Below, piece by piece: positions 35,601 through 46,192 of a stretch of 64,000 nucleotides of DNA. Position numbers and translations under genes: made by a program. This DNA comes from Cystobasidiomycetes sp. EMM_F5. Its lineage: Eukaryota. The stretch is from positions 1,116,001 through 1,180,000 of the forward strand of contig JBPGPT010000001.1 in NCBI GenBank assembly GCA_051047955.1, written 5' to 3'. The notes beneath the pieces were generated by a model that made no database searches, had not been told where the DNA came from, and was given only the letters and a program-made list of their open reading frames with translations. Within the stretch, counting starts at the first letter, position 1. Every line of letters starts with the position of its first letter.

Positions 35601-38478
35601 GACTGTGACTTACGCTGATGCTGCATCCAAAGTACACTGGCTAAGCCACTCGAAGAACTTTTGCACATCGCCGACCTCAGCCCTCTCCAAATACGGGACG
35701 AGTACGTCACTGCCGCCGCGAGATTCGGCTAGCGTGCCTGTACCACTAGCATTTTGCGGTTCGCTGCCACACAGGATCGGCATGACTTTCCGAGCAACTT
35801 GTTGCAGCTCAGCCAAGCAAGATACATCGGCATTGTGAGAAACGGAATCCTTCAGGAATCTTGTCAATTGGAACTGCAGGGGTGGTGAGGGGCTAGAAAT
35901 GGGAAGTTGCCTAATGATGTACCTGTAAAATAGCTTCGGTGTTTGATGTTGCATGCCTATCGATGTATGTACTGTGTCACTACAGGTAAGAGCGTGCTGC
36001 AGGATTGCGCCGTAGTCAAGAAGGCCGTGTTCACACAGCTCGGAAACAAAAAGTGCAGTATAGCCAATTAACGATGCAATCGCCGCCTTTGAGCCGGAGT
36101 CGATCAGCTCGTCCTTTTCCCGATGCTGCAACGCTGCCTCGTCAAGCCACTGCAAAATCGCTCGCTGCGCCACAGTCCGGCGTTCCTGTTCTCCAAAATT
36201 TTCGCTGCCGAAGCGGCCGGAGTGTCCTGTCTGTTCGGTCACGAATGACTTGAGGAGATTTATCACCAAAGATCTTCCGTACGCTCCTTGTCGCGTCGAC
36301 GAGACAGCCCAAGCAAGCATTACGTGCAGGGTCTGCGGTGTTGTCAGATCGCTCGTTCGATCTGCTCGATTGATAGGCGGGCGTTTAGTAGCAGGCGAGA
36401 GCAGGTCTGTAGCTGGCTGACTCGTAATAATGGGCGAGTGAGGCTGAAATGATGTAGGCTGGGGCTTAGCAGATTGGTGAGAAATTTCATCGAAGAATTT
36501 GGAACTGGAGTCCGTTGGCTCAAAGGCGTCAAGCCATGCTACCAGAGTACATGCGCTCGTGAAATCGATTTCAAGGGATTGCGGTTTCGAGTCGCTTTTG
36601 AGTGAAACTGCAGACTCCTGCATCCACGAAAGACAGTCTGTGCTGATTAAAGACCGGACGCCGAGGACTTGATCTATGCGTTTCTTAAGGTTACTCCATA
36701 ACGCAAGAGTGCTTTGTGATGGCGAGGTTTGCGCTGTTGCCAGTGAGGGAGCGATTGCTGCTTCTAGTATTTCGCGCTTAGCGTGGTCGGCCCAGATGTT
36801 TGGACGGTATAGGGCTTCCGGGAAGGTGTTGAAGATATCTAACAAGAGAGTGTTGCAAATGGATGTGACTTCCTGTATGAGTGGCTCATCTCTGCACAAA
36901 GGCTGTTGCGAGGATGATGTCTCTGGCTCGGCGTCATCTACTATAGTGAGTTCTGATAAGCGGTCGACTGTCGAATCGACGAGGCTGAAGCCGAGATATA
37001 TGTTCGTATCGATGAGCGGAAGAACAAAGTCAGCCATGACGGAGCCCAAGAGCCCTAATTGAGCCATGTTTGCCGTCTTCCACATATCACAGAGTCCAGA
37101 AACCCATCTCGCATTGCATAATAGATCATTCTTCTGGCAGAGCTCGGCGAGCTCGAGGGAGCGGATCCATTTTGCTTGCCATTTTTCTCTGGACGTACCA
37201 TCGGCCAGTACATTCCTCGCCCGGCCCTTCACAACCATCCCAGGGCGACTCAGTGCAAGCGAAGCCGCATGCGTAACAGGCATAATCACTTCCTGTAACT
37301 GCTTGCGAAGGAGGTCGAGCGTAGCATTGGTGAATTCCAAAGTGTACGCATGCGCAGCATTGCCTCCAACACTGCTTGACTGCGAGGACGATGATGACAA
37401 CCTTAAAGACGATTTGACTGACTGTGACTACGCACGAATAGGGAGATCAGCTTTCGACCGTTGTGAGCGTAACAGAATCTGCATACGATCTCTGCTTGAC
37501 CGACACATTGTAAATACCAAATGGCCCTATCAAGAGGTATGTTCCGAGACACTACCAGATCCAGGTTCTTCTCACATGCCTTATCTACCGCTCCGGTGGC
37601 ATTGATCCGACTCGCGCTGCCGTACAAGCCTGATCCGCTGCTCGTCAATCCGGCCCCGCCTGTCGAGGCTGAAGCAGGATTGTTGGGGATGCTTTTGGCC
37701 AGCTTGGATAACGGCACAGAAGGATTTGCTAGATCTAAAAACCATGCCTCGCGTCGTGCTTCGTTGAGGACCACCCTCGACGGGCTCTTGTACGACCATG
37801 GCCTGTGCGCGTACATGAAACAGCAGCATATGTGAATGAGCAAAATGCGCTACTGCCACTGTAAATCCCGCTTGACACTACCTACCCAATACTCGGCAGA
37901 ATCTGCTTTTTGGAAGATGGAGAACCGACGGCATTGGAGACAATCTTTTGTCGTTCGATTACCTTTTGCACAATCTTTGCCAGTGCCGGCAGGGTTGGAC
38001 CGGTCAGAAGGCGCTGTCGAATATGTTGTTGCGCAGAAAAGCCTTCGGTCTGTGGGAAGTATGTCGCCCGGAACATCAGCAGACTTGACACAGCAAGAAC
38101 GTCATTGCAGCAGAGGCTCACCTGGACATGAGTTCGACTTACGAAGCCGGATTTGACAACACTCTCGGACAGGTCGTCCTCTCTTGCCATAGTAACGCCA
38201 GCAACACCCATCTGCCCAGACGAACTATCGCGACCGTGTCCCGCATAATTGCCGTGGCTGCTTGTGGACGCGGAATGCGACGAAAAGGGTTGCGGATAGA
38301 GGGCGGTCGCGCCAGGGAAGAACTCGGGATAGGCAGACTGGACGCAGCTCGGTAGGTTTGCATTAGTTGATGCCGGCTCTGCGACCGAAAGGAGTGGCAA
38401 CCGCCATTCGGGCGGCTCGAGATGCCACAGTGTCAGCTCTTTCGATGAAGTGCCCATGCTGGACGAAGCGGTAGACAT
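32693..38478 (-). CDS. MED12: Mediator kinase-module subunit Med12 (Srb8)
   Basis: Med12 domain KSPSRVVLNEARREAWFLDLANPSVPLSKLAKSIP..NIPLDRAIWYLQCVG. Long helical exons (ORFs 35610-37400, 34014-35525, 33491-33952, 32693-33355) and a basic NLS-like C-terminus. Confidence 0.85.
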
Positions 38479-38621
38479 GGTCAGCTGTACGGGCGTGTGT
38501 AGAAGGTCAGCGGGGTCCGCAGTCTCGACATCGCAGCAGAGTGTGCGACCATCAACCACCGTAGAGGTCAACCCGAGTTTGCCGTTTCTTTCCTGACTTG
38601 GGGACAATCTCCGCTTGAACG

Positions 38622-39418
38622 ATGCTGCTGTACATACAGACCAGCCTGACAGCTCGTGTACAGTCTACGAGCACTACTGCGACCAGCAGAGCATGCCACT
38701 CTGCCTTTGAGGCGAGAAGCTTCAGCTCAAACAAGCGCGTAAAGCCCGTCAGAGCTGCACCAGCCCAAGCAGACGTGACTTCTGGCAGCATACCTCCAAC
38801 TTCGTACAACAACGATGCAATGATCTCTCCGTCTGCCGTGTCGCAGCGTCCCAAGCGAAGGCTGCCTCTCCGCAAGCTGATATTTCCCCTGGCCCTAGCG
38901 AGCGCGGTCACTTCGCTAGCCATCCATCTGCGCAGCTCAAAGGACGATGTGAAGCAACTAGAGCGACGGCATGAAGCACAGCTATCAGTCCTGAACTCGC
39001 TCGTCTCGAGAATAAAGGCCGGCCAGATGCTAAGCGAGGCGCAGATTATGACCGAGTACGAGCGGGTTGGACTTGCAGAACGAAGCCAGCACACGCAACC
39101 GTCAGAGAAGCTGGGATGGAAGGAGATGCTGTTTGGCCGTGCGAGGACGGCAGAGCAAATACGATACGACGCCGAGGAAACGAAACGTTTGGAAGAAGGT
39201 CAGTCTTGCCTGCAGGCGTGCACAACGTCCCTTAGGCAGAGCTGACCTACTTTCATCCGATAGCATTCAATACAGCAGATGTAGCTACACCTGCGACTCA
39301 GAACACCCTAAATACAGCCCCTTTGCCAAAAAAGCAAATCAGTGGCCAAGACACTGTCCCTACAGCCGTCCCGGCAAAGCTTACTGCGTCCGGAACGAAG
39401 CCTGTCATTATTTATTAA
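38622..39418 (+). CDS. Hypothetical protein, probable mitochondrial inner-membrane single-pass coiled-coil protein
   Basis: Arg/Ser/Thr-rich presequence-like N-terminus, one TM (LIFPLALASAVTSLAIHL) and a coiled coil. One intron. Ends ..TKPVIIY* (TAA 39416-39418). Confidence 0.7.
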
Positions 39419-39445
39419 GATTACAACGGCACCGTGGCATCCATG

Positions 39446-39480
39446 CTAGATATGACACTACCACTAGATATGACACTACC
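39446..39480. repeat. 18-bp-period tandem duplication (CTAGATATGACACTACC[A]) x2
   Basis: Perfect direct repeat in the 77-bp gap between two convergent stop codons. Confidence 0.9.
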
Positions 39481-39495
39481 TCCGAGGCCCGCCAC

Positions 39496-40527
39496 TCAAT
39501 GGGCCTGTTTAATGTCGGGACAAGCGTCTTTGATCATGAGATCCAGCACCAACATACTGCCTGGCTTGTGAGCAATGACGCGCCCTGGTATTTTGCTGTC
39601 CATGACGGCTACCTGGGGTGTTACGCCGCAGCCCCAGAACACGGGTATTTCGCCTTCGCGAAATTCGGAAGGATGTCCAAAATCCGGCTTGCCAATGTTG
39701 GCAATTCCGAGCTTTGTGGCACCCTGCGAATGTACATCAGATCGTCGTTACGAAGCTCGTAGGCTCCACATACATCGTATCCCCAAGCTACCGGTTCTCC
39801 GTGAGTTTCCACGTAGGGTCGCGTGATGTTCCTGACCTCCTCAATCTCGCTTGGCTTGTAGGGACGCATACTGACAACCATGCGTCCAGTGAAGGCTGTC
39901 AAGATCTGCGTGAGGTCTGGAATACTAGCACTCATGATGGGCTCTTACCTCCCGCCGCACATAGCGGGACTGCTGTCTTGAACATCGGAACGGTTCGCTC
40001 AATAGCGATTTGTCGAGGCATCAGACCAGCATCTATAAGTGCTGCTTCGAAAGTCTGGGAGCATCCGATCAAGAAAGCGACACTGTCGTCTCTCCACTCA
40101 TTCTCGATATTCGAGACTTCGTCAACGAGTACGCCGTCTTGGTAGATCATGTAGCCAGGTATATCTGAGCGAATATCGCAGTTGGCGGCTGCCCAAGAAG
40201 GTAGAATCGGATTGCCAGGCTCAGTTTCGACGATGAGAGGACACCTGTTTTTGTGCGATAGACAATGTAAGCAGGGCACAGGGCACAGCGGAAGACGTTC
40301 AGTGCAACGTACGGGACAGGGTTGCGCTTGCATAGCAACCGAAAATCATTTGCATATGCCCTGGGTAATATGAGAAGATTGGCCTGGACGTAGCCAGGAC
40401 AGTAGCCAGCTGTCGATGCACCGTGGAATTCGTCGGCTCGAATCTGACGCCGGAACAACTCTGCAGGAGTTGCTTTCTGGCCTCTTCTAGTCGAAGTAGC
40501 ATCATGTCCGTTGAGAAGGCCAACCAT
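39496..40527 (-). CDS. DUF1445 / D-glutamate-cyclase-like ('putative hydro-lyase', YcsI-like) protein
   Basis: TAGYCPGYVQANLLILP..ANDFRLLCKRNPVPCPL, IRSDIPGY, VAFLIGCSQTFEAAL, GRMVVSMRP, THGEPV, KPDFG, PVFWGCGVTPQ and AHKPGSMLVLD. Three introns. Confidence 0.9.
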
Positions 40528-40696
40528 TGTCGTAGATTCTCAGAGGATTGTCACTTTTGGCGTTCAAGGTGGCGATACGAGGCGACTTCAACGGGGCTTC
40601 GCTGAAAAGCCGGAGCAGATCTACTGATTCAGCGAGACACGCAAACAGACTTCCAAGGGCACGGTAAATGTCCCATTCTGCCAGTCCACCACAGCT

Positions 40697-40851
40697 CGGC
40701 GAGCAAGGCCGCTGAAGAGCGTGCAACTTCCTCGGATTTCGTTCGGAGGTTGCTGCCGAAGAGAATCCCGGGAGATCAGCGCATTCTTGGAGCGATAGGC
40801 GTTTTGGCTGCTATTCCCTCGGCTTTCAGTCTGAAAGGCGGGCATTGACCG
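40697..40851. promoter_or_regulatory. Candidate Zn2Cys6 binding sites in the DUF1445/TF divergent promoter
   Basis: CGG-N9-CCG at 40697-40711 and 40744-40758 (the latter TTCGG..CCGAA). CGG-N7-CCG at 40839-40851. Confidence 0.45.
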
Positions 40852-40906
40852 GACTTAGGCCTGTCAGCCATCCCGCTGGGCACCGTACGGGCACCGTACG
40901 AGCTCC

Positions 40907-43833
40907 ATGCCAGCGCCGTCGGTGAGGTCGCATCATCAAGTCGTACATGGCCGGCAAGAGCAGTCGCAAGAGCCATCTGGAGATCGCGAAGACGATGTTG
41001 CTAGCCATATTCTGGCATTATCTGGACGCAGTGGTGCGCGGATGAATTTCACAGCTCCCTCAGACGATGGATCCGCTTTGCGTACAAACGGCAACCTCTT
41101 CACCTTCCAACCTCTGACGTCTTCGACCGCAAGCCGGGAAATCTTGACGACGACAAACAGTCAAGCTGACGCATCTAACTCATCTGGTGTCCCTGCTGAC
41201 GAGGACAGTCGACCACGTAAACAGCGGAAGACTACACATGTCAGTAAAGCTTGCCAACACTGCAGGCGTCGGAAGTCGCGGTGCGATGGTGCCAGGCCGT
41301 CGTGCTCCACTTGTGTTGTCTTCGGACAAGAATGCTCGTACGATCCTGCTCAAGACGGTCGCAAGCCTCCGTCAAGAGACTACGTAAGATCACTCGAAGA
41401 ACGCCTTCGGGTGCTTGAGGCTGCAATACAAGATAAATACACGTCCGACTGCAGTTCATTCTCACCTTCTCAAGCCGAAGACGCGCAGCCTCTTCCCAGG
41501 GATGCGTTACCGCCAGTTTCGTCCGGAGGACTCTTCAAGGTGATGAACAAAGATTATGTGCTGGCGTATGGATCGACGAGTAGCTATGTTAGTGGAATGG
41601 GTCTAAGTCACAAACTCGTCGTGTGCTTAATATAATGTGTTTTTAGATGCACGTTGAAGATGCCGGGCAGCAAGCAAACGGTCCTCATCATCATAACGGA
41701 AGCAATGTTGTGAACGACGATTCATCTTTGGCGGACGAAACGGAACTGTTCTCCCAGCACACCGTCGCTTCCATCGATGATTGGGCGTCTGCCAGTCGGA
41801 TGCTCCCCGCAGCTCTGCCCAGAGACCTTCACGATGAATTTCTATCATATTTCTTCACTTACGTCAATTGTTTTACCCTCTTTGTTGTAAGTCATGTAAA
41901 TGTTGCGCTTGGTTTGTACGGATTCTGAAAACCCCGCTTAGGATGAAGCGCGATTCTACCGGGACCTCAAGGTTTGTACATCAAATGGTCGGCCGGAGTC
42001 GGCTACCGCATGGTACTCGCCGCTTCTGCATAACGTCCTACTCGCCGTTGGATGCAAGTACAGCAAAGACCCTCGTCTGCACGACCTGGATTTCTCCTCT
42101 GCCCCGAGCAACACCTCGCGAAATGCGTCAATACCACTGAAGGAGCGCGGTCTCGCTTTCGCGCAGACTGCGGTCCAGTATCTGGAGCGAGAGATGAGCG
42201 CCCCTTTTTTGAGTACTGTGATCGGCTGCATGCTTCTCGGAACATACTATCAGAACAGTGCTAAGCCTACCTTAGGTTGGGTGTACGAGGGAATTGGTGT
42301 CCGACTTGCGCTAGTCCTGGGTCTTCATATGAAAGGCACTGATTTGGCAGCGCGCGGCATCATAAGTCACGAGCTCAAAAGAGCAAGAGACTATTGCTGG
42401 CTTACGGTGGGTATACAGGACAAGTTATGGTCAGTTGTAATGAGCAGGGTGGCATGCTGCCCGAGCAATAATTTGACCCGTTTCTGCAGGTCGTATACGC
42501 ATGGACGCCTCCCAGCTATACGTAGCATCGATACCGAGAATATTGATCCACCTGCGCCGTCTCCGAGCATGGACACTGTGCCGTGGAAGTCGTTCCCTGA
42601 GGGAGTGACGCTACCTGGCTTACGAAGCACTATTCAAGTCAATACTGCCAAGTTGACGGGTTTGGCCGAGCGTATTCATACTCTCAACTACTCCATGCGC
42701 ACTGTCAAGCCTATGCAGTATCAATTGGAACGCTCGCAAGTGTACATGGAGCTCATGGCATGGCATCGCGCGCTGCCGTCGTCGTGTAGCATTGGGCTTA
42801 CCTCGACTCAGCTGTATACACCACACTGCATCAATCTCAATATCTACTTTTGGTATCTCCAGATACTACTGTATCGCACTCATTTCCGCTTGCCCGGTGG
42901 CCCTCAGCCGAATGAGCCAAGTCCATCCGCTAGCTCGATTTGCGTTACAGCAGCGTGAGTCGTACTCGCAATTCTCAATCGTACTCGGAATATTGAGAAT
43001 TCCGACTAACGGTCGCATGGCTTAGACACCGGATTTTAAATCTCCTGCGGATGTGGCACAATCAGCATGACCTGGCTCGTTCAGGGACCCCCAGTCTACC
43101 AAATATCACATTCTGCACCGGCACTATCTTCATCCTCTCTATAGCCAACGAAGCAGACCGTGCGAAGCGGTCGATGGAGAATCTCGAAGAGACCATACAC
43201 TTGTAACTATCTGCAACAGATCAGCCTCTGCGACTCGAGCTAATTGTCTTCTCTGTCATCGACAGTCTCAGGGAGATTGGAAGAAATTCCTCCTTCGCAA
43301 CGCTCAGTGCAGATGCGCTTCAGCACATGGCTCGGGAATGGCTACCGGCGCCAGAGAGTCCTGTGCCGGTGACTCGAGCGCTTAAGGAGGGACAAGATGT
43401 TCTCACGTCTCAGCTGGCGCAGCTCAACGATCCTACCTCCGCGCTTTCGAAGGTGCTGGCGAGTATGGGATGGACGCCGCCGAGTGCCAAACAGCAGGCG
43501 GATTCGAGAGACGGACATAGCCCACATGGTCTATATAATTCGGCTGAAGGAGGGTCCGTGCACCAAATGACAACGGAGTACGCCAGTGTACCTGCTCAGG
43601 GGCTACAGTCTCTCCTATCACCATCTTCAGAAAACTTGTTCGACACCATCGCGCCCGTTGCTCTTGACGCATCGGGATCGAATAGCTTGAATGACATTGC
43701 TAGCAATCCATTCAGCGCCCATCTTAACCCGGAGGACTTCACATTCAGTCTCCATCCTTCGTTTTATAGTAGTTTTGACGATCAGTTTTCAAGCTTATTT
43801 CCTCAGCATTATGGTGGGAATGCATTGTTGTAA
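40907..43833 (+). CDS. Zn(II)2Cys6 fungal transcription factor with middle homology region
   Basis: ACQHCRRRKSRCDGARPSCSTCVVFGQECSY, coiled coil YVRSLEERLRVLEA, fungal TF domain (GWVYEGIGVRLALVLGLH..QDKLWSYTHGR) and an acidic/aromatic C-terminal activation-like tail. Start is 40907 or 41042. Confidence 0.93.
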
Positions 43834-43977
43834 AGGCGCTTGTTTCATAAGTTCAATTACAATTCAGGACGAAGATCAGATCTATTGAGAAATACCATTT
43901 GACTTCCGTATATCCCTTTGTTGTGGATTGATTCCCTTTCACCCGTATAAAACAAAGACCGCTACACTCTAATTTAA

Positions 43978-45740
43978 TCAAAGCATGTAAAGATAATGAG
44001 GGTTCTTGTCTCCAAGTTCAGGTTGATCTTTCGCTCCAGCCGCAACAGCCGCTCTCTTTTGAGCATTGCGCCAGTTATAATACCAGAGCATAAAGCCGAT
44101 GGACATCATAGCGACGCTATGGACTGCTATGGCGATGCCAAACCCTTTGGCGTAGCGAGGACCGTCCATGTATATGAAACCAATAGCCGCGCCGGAGCTG
44201 TTGCCAACAAGCTGCATGAGTCCAACAGCAGCTGCGCGCTTGTAGTGTGGAGAGTGATTTGCCTGGGTCCAGCCAACATTCAAGCCTGCGAAGCCGTACA
44301 TCAGCGAGACAGCCCAGACACTAGGCTTGTTATGCAAGAACGTACCGACAGGAGCATACATGCCCAGCGCGACAATAAATAAAGCAAAGTATCTGACGCC
44401 AGACGGATTGCCCACGCTACACAATATAATGTAGCCAACAAGGGTTACAAACATGTTGCCAAGAATGAAGATACCGCGCTTCTTCAGTTTGTCGGAAAAG
44501 TAGGCCTGTATGACGAACGAAATTGCTGCAACGAAGTAGACTGGGACGGTCAGGATCTGACTAGTCACCGTAGAATATCCGAAGTCTGAGATGAAAATGG
44601 GCATGAATGTGGAAATGCCGTATAATGCGACGTCGATGCCGAATTGAGCGATCCCATGCGTGTAGGTAGTGATGTCGGTCCAAGCCGCTCTAACGTACTT
44701 GAATTCAAGCTTGTCAGTAGCAGAGTACTCGCCAGTGTTTGCCTCGTATCTTTGAGTGCATAGATCCTTCTCACTCTTAGACAAAAACCAGGCGGTGTTT
44801 GCAGCGGATGGAATCCAGAAGAAAACAAACGGTGCGAAAGCGAGCGTGAGTATACCCTCTACTATATAGATCCAGCTCCAAGCAGCGATGCTGCCTGTTG
44901 TAATATGGGAGAGGCCAAAGGCTGGTAAAGAGGAGTTATGTGCGTGAGCCTACGCTCATGGTTCACGACAGAATTCGTGCTACTGCATGAAATACGTACC
45001 CACTAGTCCACCAAAAGAACCTGATAGTGCGGCAAAAACGAAAATGTATGAGAGTCGGCGGCCCAGTTCCTCGCGTTTGTAAATCATCGAATAGTAGACT
45101 ACGATGCAAGGGAAGACGCCAGCCTCTGTGACACCAAGTAGCAGGCGACATACGACAAGAGAGGAGAAGCCGGTGGTAAATGCCGTGCCCACAGTGATCG
45201 CGCCAAAGCCAAGCATGGCTATACTCATTGTCCATCTGGGTGTGAGGACTTTGATGAACAGAGGCCAGATGCACTCGAAGACTACGTAGGTAGCGTAAAT
45301 AACAGAAATCGCAGCTGCCTTCTCCTTGGCCGTCAGATGAAGGGCTGCAGTCATTCCAGCAGTCATTGCATTGCCGACTGCCCACACAAGTCAGCAAGGA
45401 ATTGCCCACATTTTATGTATGAGCGACTCACTATTGCCTCGGTCAAGGAAGCAGAGACAATAGATCATTCCGAGGACACTGTCGAAACAAGATTAGGAGG
45501 CTTTCGCAGTGCCTGTCCAGCTGTGTCCTTACGGCTGTAAGTAGATGTCACTACGAGAGAGACAAAACGTCGTCAGCGAGGGAGGGGATCCTGAGCGCAA
45601 GACAGGCTTCGTCCTTACAGCTTTCGAAGAACTTTCTTCTCCTCAACGGGGTCAATGTAGTCGGCGGCAGGTACGGTTGCGATCTTAGACTCATAGTCGT
45701 ACTTGGACATGTCCGCTACGTCGGAAGAAGCGGAAGACAT
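43978..45740 (-). CDS. MFS transporter, anion:cation symporter (Dal5/Tna1-like) family
   Basis: EEKKVLRKL, CFLDRGNIGNA, RLLLGVTEAGVFP, YKREELGRR, WSWIYIVEGILT, LTVPVY, FSDKLKKRG and HYKRAAAVG. Confidence 0.92.
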
Positions 45741-45920
45741 GACGGACACGACTGCGATTTGAACTTTGATGATGCGGGAGCTGCGATGAGTTTGCGCTCT
45801 GCAAGTGAAGATGACAAGCTGCAGGAGGCTGCAAGGAAAGAGAGAGACCAGGCAACGAGTTATCCCGCGATCTTGCACCTCTTATGGGGCTGCAGCGGGT
45901 CTCTTCATGTTCTGGGAGGC

Positions 45921-46028
45921 CGGCATTTTCCCGTGTTTCCGTCTCGTGAAATGAAGATAAGACTCGGGAAAGCAGCAGAAACAGTGCAAAGCATCGCGGC
46001 TTTGTCGATCCGTCGGACGCTAATCCCG
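45921..46028. promoter_or_regulatory. Candidate Zn2Cys6 binding sites in the MFS/oxoprolinase divergent promoter
   Basis: CGG-N7-CCG at 45921-45933, and CGG-N10-CCG at 45997-46012 directly followed by CGG-N9-CCG at 46014-46028. Confidence 0.45.
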
Positions 46029-46192
46029 GTCTGACTTTCGCGATCGGGATTGCAACGGGCTGTACCGGGTTTTTCGGAACTGTGCTGCTTTCGGCTTCTA
46101 GCTCGGTCGTGGTCGCAAATGGTCGTTGAGCCAGCCAGCAGCGAACGCAAGTCAAGCCTCTCTCTTGTCTCTCCTCATTACACTCGTGCAAC

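Noticed and set aside
39067..39762. 231-aa + strand ORF
   Set aside because: It runs across an intron and a 3' UTR and is antisense to the DUF1445 gene. It has no recognisable motifs.
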